In this document: positions 9,444 through 18,984 of the stretch, one piece after another
Position numbering within the stretch: the stretch's first letter is position 1
Layout: the number at the start of each line of letters is the position of its first letter
Assembly (NCBI GenBank): GCA_028873525.1
Contig: JAGWIM010000003.1
Location: 1 to 58,409, forward strand
Length of the DNA stretch: 58,409 bases
Direction: 5' to 3'
DNA from: Pseudomonadota bacterium
Lineage (GTDB): Bacteria; Pseudomonadota; Alphaproteobacteria; Rickettsiales; SXRF01
Program-made: the position numbers and the translations under genes
Notes under the pieces: model-generated
What the model was told of the DNA's origin: nothing
The model's database searches: none
Seen by the model: the letters and a program-made list of their open reading frames with translations, nothing else

Positions 9444-10685
9444 CTATTTATCCATCTTCCCGATAAACTCCACGATAATCGGCACGACATGTTCGCGGAA
9501 TTTACGGCCGTTGAAGATGCCGTAATGACCGACGCCTTTCTGCAGGTGGTGCTTTTTCATCGAGGCGGGCAAGCCGCTGCAAAGTTTCTGCGCCGCCTCG
9601 GTCTGGCCGACGCCGGAGATGTCATCCATCTCGCCTTCCAGGGTCAAGAGCGCCGTCTTGGTAATCGCCTCGGGTTTTACCGGCTTGCCCTTATAGACGA
9701 ATTTGCCTTCCGGCAGCAGGAAGCGCTGGAACACCTGGTCGATGCAATCGAGGTAAAATTCCGCCGGCAGGTCGCACACCGAGAGATATTCGTCGTAGAA
9801 TTTCTTATGGGCGCGCGCCGACTCGCCGTCGCCTGCCACCAGGTGCTTGAACAGATCGGCGTGGGCGTCGAGATGGCGGTCGAGATTCATCATCATGAAT
9901 CCCGTCAATTGCAGGAATCCCGGATAAACGCGGCGCATGAAGCCCGGATAGTTAAACGGTACGCGGGTTACCACGTTGCTTTCAAACCAGCTCATCGGTT
10001 TTTCCATGGAGAGCTGGTTGACCTTGGTCGGGTTGACTCGCGCATCCACCGGCCCGCCGATCAATGTCATTGATCGCGGCGCGTTTTGGTCTTTGCCGGC
10101 GTTCATCACGGCGGCGGCCACCAGCACCGGCACCGACGGCTGGCAGACTGCCATCAGGTGCACATCCGGCCCCAGCTTGCGGGTGAATTCAATCACATAT
10201 GCGATGTAATCCTCCAGCCGGAACTCGCCTTCATACATGGGCACGTTGCGCGCGTCGATCCAGTCGGTGATATAGACATCGAGGAATGGCAGCAGCGCCT
10301 CAACCGTGCCGCGTAAGAGCGTCGAATGATGGCCGGACATCGGCGCGACCAGCAGCAGTTTCGGCTGTTTTATCTTGCCGTATTTTTCAAAATGGACGAG
10401 GCGGCAGAACGGCTTTTCCATCACCGTTTCCTCGTAGATGGTGACCTGCTTGCCGTCCATGGCGGTATGGAGGATGCCGAAATCCGGCTTGCCGTAGCGG
10501 TGCGTGACGCGCTCGATGACCTCGGCGGCGGCGGCAATGGAACGGCCAAAACCCGTATAGGCAATTGGCACCAGCGGGTGGCGATGGAACGCCTTGCTGG
10601 CGTTTGCCAGAAAGTTCAGCGGCGAGATGGCGGCGTAATGCATTTCATGCAGATGGTAGAGCGGGCTGTTTTCGCGGATCATCAT
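9444..10685 (-). CDS. phaZ: intracellular polyhydroxyalkanoate depolymerase
   Basis: LLVAPMSGHHSTLLRGTV, AVCQP, EGEMDDISG and VGHYGIFNG motifs. Confidence 0.93.
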   Translation of the reverse strand: MMIRENSPLYHLHEMHYAAISPLNFLANASKAFHRHPLVPIAYTGFGRSIAAAAEVIERVTHRYGKPDFGILHTAMDGKQVTIYEETVMEKPFCRLVHFEKYGKIKQPKLLLVAPMSGHHSTLLRGTVEALLPFLDVYITDWIDARNVPMYEGEFRLEDYIAYVIEFTRKLGPDVHLMAVCQPSVPVLVAAAVMNAGKDQNAPRSMTLIGGPVDARVNPTKVNQLSMEKPMSWFESNVVTRVPFNYPGFMRRVYPGFLQLTGFMMMNLDRHLDAHADLFKHLVAGDGESARAHKKFYDEYLSVCDLPAEFYLDCIDQVFQRFLLPEGKFVYKGKPVKPEAITKTALLTLEGEMDDISGVGQTEAAQKLCSGLPASMKKHHLQKGVGHYGIFNGRKFREHVVPIIVEFIGKMDK

Positions 10686-10783
10686 CGCCGTGCCTTTCGT
10701 GGTTGAAAAAAGCGGTATAAGGCCTATTGTAAAGGCAATGTGGTGAACAAAGCATTAAAACGGCAGAGATACATAAAATATCC

Positions 10784-11158
10784 ATGAGCATAATTCAGAG
10801 TAACAAATTGAATAACAATGCTATAGATGAAAATTGTTTTCATCGTCTGGCGGATGCGGCGCTGACGGTTTTGTTCGATGCGCTGGAAAAAGCGGACCGT
10901 AACGGGACGCTGGACGTGGAATATGCAGATGGCGTCATGACCATCAGCCTTCCTTCCGGCCAGCAATATATCGTCAACAAGCATATGGCCAGCCGCCAGA
11001 TATGGTTGTCATCGCCAAAAAGCGGTGGGTTGCACTTCAACTATATCCCCCTCCCGCAAGCGGGGGGATTAGAAAATTGGTCGTTGTCCGACGGGCGTGG
11101 ATTGCCGGATGTATTATTTGCCGAACTGCAGGCCGCAACCGGCGAGAAGTTCACATGA
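10784..11158 (+). CDS. cyaY: frataxin-like iron donor CyaY with a short repeat insertion
   Basis: QYIVNKH..SRQIWLSSPKSGGLHF. Confidence 0.9.
   Translation: MSIIQSNKLNNNAIDENCFHRLADAALTVLFDALEKADRNGTLDVEYADGVMTISLPSGQQYIVNKHMASRQIWLSSPKSGGLHFNYIPLPQAGGLENWSLSDGRGLPDVLFAELQAATGEKFT
11045..11069. repeat. minimal PSP-family hairpin in frame in cyaY (IPLPQAGGL)
   Basis: atccccctcccgc-aa-gcggggggat. Confidence 0.7.
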
Positions 11159-12981
11159 GGCGGCGGCGCAATGGGGCAGAAGAAAGCCGGGCCGATCTGA
11201 AGCAGCTTAAATCGCTCAAGCGGTATTTCAGGCCATACCGCGGGCAAATTGCCGCTGCCATAGCCGCGCTGGTCATCACCTCTGGCGCCGTGCTCGGCAT
11301 GGGCGGCGCGCTGCGCTACCTGATTGATGAAGGCATTGGCCGCGGCGACGTGCGTCTGCTCAACCGCTCCTTTATCATCGCGCTGGGCGTGGTGGCGCTG
11401 CTGGCGGTCGCCTCATATGCGCGGCTGTTCCTGGTGGCATGGCTGGGCGAAAAAGTCGTCGCCGACATCAGGCGCGATGTGTACCGCAAGCTGGTCTCCA
11501 TGCATATGGGGTTTTTCGAAAAGGCCAGAACCGGCGAGTTGCTGTCGCGCCTGACCACCGACACCACGCTGCTGCAAACCGTTATCACCGGCTCAGCCTC
11601 GATGGCGCTCAGGAATGCCATCATGCTGTTCGGCGGTTGCGCCATGCTGCTCGTTACCAGCCCGCACCTGACCGCTTATATACTGCTGCTGGTGCCGCTG
11701 GTGGTCGTGCCGATTATTATGCTGGGGCGGCGGGTGCGCCGTCACTCGCGCGAGACGCAGGACCGCGTCGCCGACATCAGCGCGCAGGGCGAGGAAACGC
11801 TCTACGGCATCCGCACCATCCAGGCCTTCGCGCTGGAGGAGTATGAAACCCAGCGGTTCGAGCAGGTGATTCAGCGTGTATTGCGCGCCGGATTTTCGCG
11901 CATCCGCACCAAGGCGCTGCTGACCTCGGTGGTGATTTCGCTGGTGTTCGGTGCCATCATGGGCGTGCTGTGGATGGGCGGGCGCGACGTGCTGGCGGGG
12001 CGCATGACCTCCGGCGATCTTTCCGCCTTCGTGTTTTATTCGGCGATCATGGCCGGCGCCATCGGCGGCTTAAGCGATGTGATGGGCGACTTGCACCGTG
12101 CCGCCGGTTCCGCCGAGCGTCTGGGCGAGTTGCTTTCCATGGAACCGCTTATTGCTTCACCCTCCTCCGTTCGGGGGGAGGGTTGGGGTGGAGGTGGCCC
12201 TGCGCAGGATGCCCCCTCCCTTACCCTCCCCCCCGCAGGGGGAGGGGAAATCGCCTTTTCCCACCTCTCCTTCATCTATCCGGCGCGTCCTGACAAACCG
12301 GCGGTTCATGATTTCAACCTCGATGTCGCCTCGGGGCAGACGATTGCGCTGGTTGGACCGTCGGGCGCCGGAAAGTCCACTATTTTCCAGTTGCTGCTGC
12401 GGTTTTACGATCCGACCGGCGGCACCATTCTCTTAAACGGCATTGATTTGCGCCAGTGGCCTTTGCCGGAATTGCGCGGGTTGATCGGCATTGTGCCGCA
12501 GGACCCGATTATTTTTTCCGGCACGGCGCGTGAAAATATCCGCCTCGGCAACATCCGCGCGACCGACGAGGAAGTGATGCAGGCGGCGCGCGCCGCCTCG
12601 GCGCTGGAGTTTCTGGAAAAGCTGCCGTACGGGCCGGACAGCTATCTCGGCGAGAAAGGCGTGCAGCTTTCGGGCGGGCAGAAGCAGCGCATCGCCATCG
12701 CCCGCGCCGTCATCCGTAACCCGCGGCTGCTCTTGCTCGACGAGGCGACCAGCGCGCTCGACTCCGAGAATGAATTGTACATCCGGCAGGCGTTGGAAGA
12801 ATTGATGCAGGGGCGCACCACTTTCGTTATTGCCCACCGCTTATCCACCATCGTCCGGGCCGACCGAATCGTACTCATGAACGAAGGCTATATCGAGGCC
12901 ACTGGCACGCACCGGGAGCTTCTGGCTGACAGCCCGCTCTACCGCCGTTTGGCGGAATTACAATTCAAAACAGATAGTTAG
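11155..12981 (+). CDS. ABC exporter, fused permease/ATPase (MsbA-like family)
   Basis: TM domain plus GPSGAGKS, LSGGQKQR and LLLDEATSALD; ATG overlaps the cyaY stop. Confidence 0.93.
   Translation: MRRRRNGAEESRADLKQLKSLKRYFRPYRGQIAAAIAALVITSGAVLGMGGALRYLIDEGIGRGDVRLLNRSFIIALGVVALLAVASYARLFLVAWLGEKVVADIRRDVYRKLVSMHMGFFEKARTGELLSRLTTDTTLLQTVITGSASMALRNAIMLFGGCAMLLVTSPHLTAYILLLVPLVVVPIIMLGRRVRRHSRETQDRVADISAQGEETLYGIRTIQAFALEEYETQRFEQVIQRVLRAGFSRIRTKALLTSVVISLVFGAIMGVLWMGGRDVLAGRMTSGDLSAFVFYSAIMAGAIGGLSDVMGDLHRAAGSAERLGELLSMEPLIASPSSVRGEGWGGGGPAQDAPSLTLPPAGGGEIAFSHLSFIYPARPDKPAVHDFNLDVASGQTIALVGPSGAGKSTIFQLLLRFYDPTGGTILLNGIDLRQWPLPELRGLIGIVPQDPIIFSGTARENIRLGNIRATDEEVMQAARAASALEFLEKLPYGPDSYLGEKGVQLSGGQKQRIAIARAVIRNPRLLLLDEATSALDSENELYIRQALEELMQGRTTFVIAHRLSTIVRADRIVLMNEGYIEATGTHRELLADSPLYRRLAELQFKTDS
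12156..12249. repeat. full-length PSP-family doublet in frame in the ABC linker (SPSSVRGEGWGGGGPAQDAPSLTLPPAGGGE)
   Basis: ccctcctccgttcggggggagggttggggtggagg ... ccccctcccttaccctccccccc-gca-gggggagggg. Confidence 0.92.
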
Positions 12982-13064
12982 ATATAATCAGGCGGCTTTA
13001 AGCAAATAGTAACCAACCGCGGATAAAATAGCGTAAAGCCTGTATTCCCAACGCCATAAACAGT

Positions 13065-14117
13065 ATGTCCGGCATATCGTCCACCCAGTTCAACCTGCCC
13101 TGGAACCAGCACGAGAGGTATCGGATAGCCTTGTACGCCAAGGGTGATGGCTTCCCCCCCCCGCTGCTGGCCGTGCTCACAGCGGCAGGGTTGCAGGCGG
13201 CGGACGAACGGACGGTGTCGGTCGAAGCGCCGCGCAACTGGAAGCCGGTGTGGGACGGAATATATGGGCTGCTGGCAAACTCTGGCGCCGTCGCGGCGGT
13301 GGAGGCGTCGGTCACGGCCATGACGGCGATAGCCGACCGGCGGGACAGCCGACCGGTGCCAGCCATTCAACACATCGCAGAAAGCCTGTGGCTGGGCGAT
13401 GCGTTGATCGAGGAACGCATCATGTGCTACCTACAGCCGGTGGTGTCGGCCAGGGAAAAAATTTTCGGCTATGAGTCATTCGCGCGCGTGCGCAGTTCCG
13501 ACGGGAGCGTCATTGCCGGTGACCGCATTGTCGCCGCCAGCCATGCGCTCGGCATCCAGCATGTCATTGATCGCCATCTGCAGGTGCAGGCAATACGGAC
13601 ATTCGTCTCCAGCGAGTTCAACGGCTTTCTCTTCGTCAATTTTTTCCCGGGGTTCATCCAGCGTCCGGCGGTGTACCTCGAAGGACTGAGCGAGACGGCC
13701 AGGAATTTCGGCGTGATTGCCAAACATATCGTTCTTGATTTCACGCGCTCGGAAATGCCGCGCGACATCACACATCTTAAAAGCGTCTGCGAATACGGGC
13801 GCTCGCGCGGCTATTCGATTGCGCTCGACGATGTCGAATCGGTCGAGGTGGCAAAGAAACTACTGCCGGAGATCCGCCCCGATTTCGTCAAGATCGATAT
13901 GCGGCTGGCGCGCCAGGCGGCCGATCCGGCTGCGCGCAACATTATCCGCCGGCTGGTCGAACTGGCGCATGCCGGATCCAGCACAGTCATTGGTGAAGGC
14001 ATCGAAACTGAGGACATCTACCAGGCGCTGCGGCAGCTTGGCGTCGATCTGTTCCAGGGGTACCTGTTCGCGCCGCCCATGCCGATCGAAGCGGCGCTCA
14101 AGCGGTCGGCCGGTTAG
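13065..14117 (+). CDS. EAL-domain protein (c-di-GMP phosphodiesterase fold, variant motifs)
   Basis: LQPVV, GYESFAR, IALDDV, FVKID, EGIET and QGYLF motifs. Confidence 0.88.
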   Translation: MSGISSTQFNLPWNQHERYRIALYAKGDGFPPPLLAVLTAAGLQAADERTVSVEAPRNWKPVWDGIYGLLANSGAVAAVEASVTAMTAIADRRDSRPVPAIQHIAESLWLGDALIEERIMCYLQPVVSAREKIFGYESFARVRSSDGSVIAGDRIVAASHALGIQHVIDRHLQVQAIRTFVSSEFNGFLFVNFFPGFIQRPAVYLEGLSETARNFGVIAKHIVLDFTRSEMPRDITHLKSVCEYGRSRGYSIALDDVESVEVAKKLLPEIRPDFVKIDMRLARQAADPAARNIIRRLVELAHAGSSTVIGEGIETEDIYQALRQLGVDLFQGYLFAPPMPIEAALKRSAG

Positions 14118-15123
14118 CCAGGTAATAGGCAATTGTCTGCCTGAGTCCGTCACGTAAAGATACAGACGGTGTCCAGCCGAGGTGTTTTTTGGCGTTTCCA
14201 ATGTCGGGCACGCGGCGATCGACATCCTGGTAGCCTTTGCCGTAATGCGCTTCGCCGCCCACCGTTGTTATTTTCACCTGCGAGCGCACGTTTTCATATC
14301 CCGGACATGCGCCGACGAGATAAAGCATCATCTCGGCCAGTTCGGCAATCGAGGCTTCGCTGTCCGGATCGCCGATATTGAAGATACGGCCATCGGCGCA
14401 ACCGTTTTTATTGTCGAGGATACTCGCCAATGCGCGGATGGCGTCGTCGATATAAAGGAAGCAGCGTTTCTGCGCGCCGCCGCCGACCAGCACGATGCCG
14501 CGCTTGTGCAGGATATTGCTTAGGAATTGCGAAACAACGCGGCTGGCCTTGCCCTCCTCCCACACGCTGTCAAGCCTGGGGCCGAACCAGTTGAACGGGC
14601 GGAAGAGCGTGAACTGCAAGCCGTGATGCTGGCCGTAAGCGTAAATCACGCGGTCCATCATTTGTTTGCTGCAGGAATAAATCCAGCGCTCCTTGGCGAT
14701 GGGGCCGGTGACGAGGCGGCTGCTTTCTTCGTTATAGGGAATGTCCGGGCTCATGCCGTACACTTCCGAGGTTGAGGGAAACACGATGCGTTTTTTATAC
14801 CTCACGCAGTGGCGCACGATTTCCAGATTGGCCTCGAAATCCAGCTCGAACACGGCGAGCGGATTTTTCACATATGTCGCCGGGTTGGCGATGGCGACCA
14901 GGGGCAGCACCACATCGCATTCCTTCACCTGCGCCTCGATCCATGTGCGCTCTTTGGTGATGTCGCCCTTTTTAAAGGAGAAATGTTTGTGGCCGAGGCA
15001 GTCTTTCAGATGCCCGTCGGACAAATCCATTGCCGCGATGCGCCAGTCGGGGCGATGCTTTAAGATATAATCGCTGGCATGGCTGCCGATGAAGCCGTTA
15101 GCGCCGAGGATGAGCAGCTTCAT
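14098..15123 (-). CDS. arnA: UDP-glucuronate dehydrogenase/decarboxylase (ArnA C-terminal domain only)
   Basis: ILGANGFIG, LPLVAIANPA, FPSTSEVYG, RWIYSCSKQ, YGKGYQDV; no formyltransferase domain. Confidence 0.88.
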   Translation of the reverse strand: MKLLILGANGFIGSHASDYILKHRPDWRIAAMDLSDGHLKDCLGHKHFSFKKGDITKERTWIEAQVKECDVVLPLVAIANPATYVKNPLAVFELDFEANLEIVRHCVRYKKRIVFPSTSEVYGMSPDIPYNEESSRLVTGPIAKERWIYSCSKQMMDRVIYAYGQHHGLQFTLFRPFNWFGPRLDSVWEEGKASRVVSQFLSNILHKRGIVLVGGGAQKRCFLYIDDAIRALASILDNKNGCADGRIFNIGDPDSEASIAELAEMMLYLVGACPGYENVRSQVKITTVGGEAHYGKGYQDVDRRVPDIGNAKKHLGWTPSVSLRDGLRQTIAYYLANRPTA

Positions 15124-16067
15124 TTTGTCTCCAGCACTTCCTTGATCGTGTATTTCGGGCGCTTGCGCACTTCCATGTAGATGCGGCCGACATATTCGCC
15201 AACGATGCCAAGCCCGGTAATCGCCACTGACACCAGCAGGAACAAAATGGCAAACAGCGTGAACACGCCCTGCGCCTCCGGGCCGATGAAGAGGCGCCGC
15301 AGCCCCATGTAAATCACCAGCAGGAAACTCAGAACGGATAAAATCATGCCGGTGATGGTGAACATCTGCAGCGGCACCAGCGAGAAGCCGGTCATCAGGT
15401 CGAAATTATAGCGGATGAGCTTATAGAGATTGTAGTTGGAAACGCCGGCGGCGCGCTCCTCATGTCCAACCTCGATTTCCGCCGGGTTGGCGGCCAACGA
15501 CTGCGACAACGCCGTGACGAACGGCGTGGCGTCGCCGGCCTCGACGATCTGGTCTACGATATGACGGCGGTAGGCGCGCAGCATGCAGCCGTGATCGCGC
15601 ATGTTGATGTTGGTGATGCGGGCGCGCACGATGTTGGAAATTTTCGACACGAATTTGCGCCAGGCCAAATCCTGCCGGTCGCCGCGATAGCCGCCGACGA
15701 CATCGTGCCCCTGCTCAATGAGGTCGAGTATTTTTGGGATGTCTTCCGGCGGGTTCTGCAGGTCGCAGTCGAGCGTTACCGCCACTTCGCCGCGCATGCG
15801 CTCGAACCCGGCCATGATGGCCGGATGCTGGCCGTAATTGCGCATGAACTGCACCGCGCGGATAACATCCGGCCTTTTGGTGAATAATTCCGCCAGCACC
15901 TTTTGCGAATTATCCTTGCTTCCGTCATTGACGAAAATGACCTCATATGGCTTGCCGTACTTGTCCATCACGGGGATAAGCCGCGAGAACAGAATGGGCA
16001 GCGTCAGCTCCTCGTTGAAAACGGGGATGACGATGGAGATGGTGGGAGTGGGCATTAAGTTTTCCAT
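15120..16067 (-). CDS. arnC: undecaprenyl-phosphate glycosyltransferase (ArnC-like GT2)
   Basis: VIPVFNEE, NYGQHPAIMAG, DCDLQNPPE, DHGCMLRAY; two C-terminal TM helices. Confidence 0.88.
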   Translation of the reverse strand: MENLMPTPTISIVIPVFNEELTLPILFSRLIPVMDKYGKPYEVIFVNDGSKDNSQKVLAELFTKRPDVIRAVQFMRNYGQHPAIMAGFERMRGEVAVTLDCDLQNPPEDIPKILDLIEQGHDVVGGYRGDRQDLAWRKFVSKISNIVRARITNINMRDHGCMLRAYRRHIVDQIVEAGDATPFVTALSQSLAANPAEIEVGHEERAAGVSNYNLYKLIRYNFDLMTGFSLVPLQMFTITGMILSVLSFLLVIYMGLRRLFIGPEAQGVFTLFAILFLLVSVAITGLGIVGEYVGRIYMEVRKRPKYTIKEVLETK

Positions 16068-16074
16068 GATTCAA

Positions 16075-16127
16075 GGTGACCCGGATCGCGGGTTGCGTTT
16101 ATTTACGAGCCACGCGACTCTCGACTC
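16075..16127. repeat. degenerate heptamer-arm inverted repeat between arnB and arnC
   Basis: ggatcgc gggttgc gtttattt ac gagccac gcgactc tcgactc. Confidence 0.5.
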
Positions 16128-16130
16128 TAA

Positions 16131-17270
16131 TCACGCCTTTAAGACTTTTTCCATCGCTTTTATCACCCTGTCCTGTTCGGCTTCCGTCATGGTGGGAAAG
16201 AGCGGCAGGCTCGCAATGCTGTTTCCGGCGGCCAAAGCATTTGGAAAATCTTCGGGTTTCCAGTCGTAGCGTTCCTTGTACCAGCTAAACATATGCGCCG
16301 CCTGGTAATGCAGGCCGACACCGATATTTTCCGCCTTCATGGCAGTAATAAAGCCGTCGCGGTCATTAAGCCGTGGCGTAAACAGGTGCCAGGCGTGCGT
16401 ATGCGCGTAGGTGGGGGCCTGCGGCAGGATAAGTTCCGGCCAGTTTTCAAGCGCTTCATAATAACGTTTCACCAGCGCTGCACGTTTTTTGATGAACCCA
16501 TCCAGTTCCGGCAACTGGTGCAGGCCGAGCGCCGCCTGGATGTCCATCATGTTGTATTTGAACCCCGGCAACACGACGTCGTATTGCTGGCTGCCTCCTT
16601 TGGCGAAGCGGTTGAAGGCGTTGCGGTCGATGCCGTGGAACCTTAAGCGCTCGATAGCGGAAATTACTTCTTTATCATCGGTGATGACGGCGCCGCCTTC
16701 GCCGGTCGTCATGTTTTTGTTGGGATGAAAACTCATGACGGCGATGTCGCCGAACGAGCCGAGTTTTTTGCCTTTATATTCTGCGCCGATGGCGTGCGCG
16801 CAGTCTTCCACCACGCGCAGCGAATGTTTTTTTGCCAGCGCATAAATCATATCGAGGTCGCAGGGTAATCCGGCGAAATGCACCGGCATGAGGACGCGGG
16901 TGCGCGGCGTGATGGCCGCTTCGAGCCGCGATACATCCATATTGAGCGTTGCCGGATCAATATCCACCAGCACCGGCGTTGCGCCCGCCAGCGCGATGAC
17001 GTTGAGCGTGGCGGCAAACGTCAGCGGCGTGGTGATGACTTCATCGCCCGTTTCCAATGTCAGCGCCAAGAGCGCCACGTGCAGCCCGGCGGTGGCGGAG
17101 GATAATGCCAAGGCTCTCCTGCCGCCGTGACAGGCCGATAGCATCTCCTCGAACTTCTGCACGCGCGGGCCGGTGGTGATCCAGCCGGAGCGCAGGGTTG
17201 CCACGACTTCTTCAATCGCCGCTTCGCTTAAAGCAGGTCTGGCGAAGGGGAGAAATTCTACATCGGCCAT
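16131..17270 (-). CDS. arnB: UDP-4-amino-4-deoxy-L-arabinose aminotransferase (DegT/ArnB)
   Basis: FLPFARP, SGWITTGP, EDCAHA, SFHPNKNMTTGEGG and GFKYNM motifs. Confidence 0.88.
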   Translation of the reverse strand: MADVEFLPFARPALSEAAIEEVVATLRSGWITTGPRVQKFEEMLSACHGGRRALALSSATAGLHVALLALTLETGDEVITTPLTFAATLNVIALAGATPVLVDIDPATLNMDVSRLEAAITPRTRVLMPVHFAGLPCDLDMIYALAKKHSLRVVEDCAHAIGAEYKGKKLGSFGDIAVMSFHPNKNMTTGEGGAVITDDKEVISAIERLRFHGIDRNAFNRFAKGGSQQYDVVLPGFKYNMMDIQAALGLHQLPELDGFIKKRAALVKRYYEALENWPELILPQAPTYAHTHAWHLFTPRLNDRDGFITAMKAENIGVGLHYQAAHMFSWYKERYDWKPEDFPNALAAGNSIASLPLFPTMTEAEQDRVIKAMEKVLKA

Positions 17271-17274
17271 TTGG

Positions 17275-18984
17275 TTATTCCTTTTCCAACAGCACGTTCC
17301 TGCCATATGAGGCCACCTCGCGCAGCCGGCAGGCAGCGGGCATTTTCAGCGTATCGCGCGTGGTGTTTTTCATCAGCGCGTAAACAGGGTGTTTCGCGTT
17401 CGCGCAGCGCCGCCAGAACTCCTTGTCGGTAATCATCCATTCATGCGTTTCGGGATAATGCGCGTAGCCGAATTCCAGCTCTCCTGTATACCCGGCGACG
17501 CTGACATTGCGGTTTAAGTACACCGGCACGTCCTGGAAATAGCCGCCGTACATCACCAGCATGTCGCCGGGTTTCAGGCGGTCTTTGAGGAAATCGGCCA
17601 GCGGCCTGGCGCTGGCGCGGTCAACGTCGCCGACGATATAATTAGCGCTGAGTCCCACCACTGCGCCGAACAGCGCCAGCGCCATGATGAGTACCTTCGC
17701 GGAATAGCGCCGCAGCGCCACATGGAGAAGCCCGATTAAAGCAAGGGTTAGTGGAATAAGCATCCACGGCAGGATGTCACGCCCCACCGCCAGCTTGCGA
17801 TCCTCGCCGCCCGGCAGCGGCATGATATAATGCAGCACGCCATACGCCGCCAGTAGCGCGCCGAACAGTGCTGCGACGAAGAAGATGTTTCGACGCAGAG
17901 GTTGCGCCGTCACCTGTCCCTGCCAGGCCTCGGCGAGATATTTCCCGATGGCAATGCAAAGCGGCGGGAAAATAGGCAGTATATAGGCCGCCAGCTTGGA
18001 ATGCGACGCCGAGAAAAAGAGCAGCGGCAGAAGAATCCAAAGGAGGAGGAAAAAAGTGTCACCTCGCACTTGCTTGTCCGCCGTAGCTTTAGCGAAGGGG
18101 GATTGCGGAGTCTCTTTCCATGTTACCAGCCCCCGCAATGAATGCGGGGCTGTAAACGTCCACGGCAGGAGGCCGGCCAGCGTGATGGCGATGAAGAACC
18201 ACCACGGCTTGTCGCGCTTGGCCTCGTTGGTCAGGAAGCGCTCGAAATGCTCGTGGACGATATAAAAATCGAAAAACGCCGGATGCGCGCGCATCATAAG
18301 CACGTGCCACGGCACGGCGATAATCAGAAAAATAACCAGGCCGGTGAACAGGCGTGCTTCACGCAAAATACGCCAGCTTTTTGTCGTGGCGATCCATGCG
18401 CTGATGACCAATCCCGGGATGACCATGCCGATTAAGCCTTTGGAGAGTACCGCCAGCGCTGCGGCGGGATACATGAGCAAATAAAAATTTCGCTTTCGTT
18501 TTCCCTCGGTATGCTGTGCTGCCATGAAACAAGCGAGGCAGGCGGTGATGAACAGGCTGACCGGCATGTCCACCATCGCCACGCGGCTTAAGGTATAGCC
18601 GAAAGCGCAGGTCGCCAGCACCAGCGCCGCCTGCAATCCGGCGGGACGCCCGTAAAGCATCCGGCCGGCAGCGAAGGTGATGGTGCAAAGCAGCGCCGCC
18701 ATGATGGCGGTGGTGATGCGCCCGGCGAATTCGCCGGCGCCGAGAAACTGCATGACCGACGCCTGCATCCAGTAAAAGAGCGGCGGTTTTTCAAAGTAAG
18801 GCACGCCGTTGATGCGCGGCGTCAGCCAGTCATGCGTCGCCAGCATTTGCCGCGGCACCTCGATATAGCGCGCTTCGCTGGGCGTAAGGTAAGGCCGCGC
18901 GCCGAGGCCGATGCAGAAAAAAATCAGCGCGGCCAGAAACACCCATGTCATGTCGCGCCGTACGGCGTGTGCTTTATTTTGCAT
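17275..18984 (-). CDS. arnT: aminoarabinose transferase (ArnT/GT83) with a nested repeat insertion
   Basis: EARYIEVPRQML, YFEKPPLFYW, LSKGLIG and SKLAAYILP motifs; multi-TM. Confidence 0.88.
   Translation of the reverse strand: MQNKAHAVRRDMTWVFLAALIFFCIGLGARPYLTPSEARYIEVPRQMLATHDWLTPRINGVPYFEKPPLFYWMQASVMQFLGAGEFAGRITTAIMAALLCTITFAAGRMLYGRPAGLQAALVLATCAFGYTLSRVAMVDMPVSLFITACLACFMAAQHTEGKRKRNFYLLMYPAAALAVLSKGLIGMVIPGLVISAWIATTKSWRILREARLFTGLVIFLIIAVPWHVLMMRAHPAFFDFYIVHEHFERFLTNEAKRDKPWWFFIAITLAGLLPWTFTAPHSLRGLVTWKETPQSPFAKATADKQVRGDTFFLLLWILLPLLFFSASHSKLAAYILPIFPPLCIAIGKYLAEAWQGQVTAQPLRRNIFFVAALFGALLAAYGVLHYIMPLPGGEDRKLAVGRDILPWMLIPLTLALIGLLHVALRRYSAKVLIMALALFGAVVGLSANYIVGDVDRASARPLADFLKDRLKPGDMLVMYGGYFQDVPVYLNRNVSVAGYTGELEFGYAHYPETHEWMITDKEFWRRCANAKHPVYALMKNTTRDTLKMPAACRLREVASYGRNVLLEKE
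18058..18153. repeat. REP-like doublet with a second hairpin (18073-18102) nested in one arm, in frame in arnT
   Basis: gtcacctcgcacttg[cttgtccgccgtagctttagcgaaggggga]ttgcggagtc ... agcccccgcaatgaatgcggggct. Confidence 0.8.

Noticed and set aside
13154-13162. C9 homopolymer as a phase-variation tract
   Set aside because: Short, in frame (Pro codons), and unremarkable in a GC-rich genome without read evidence.
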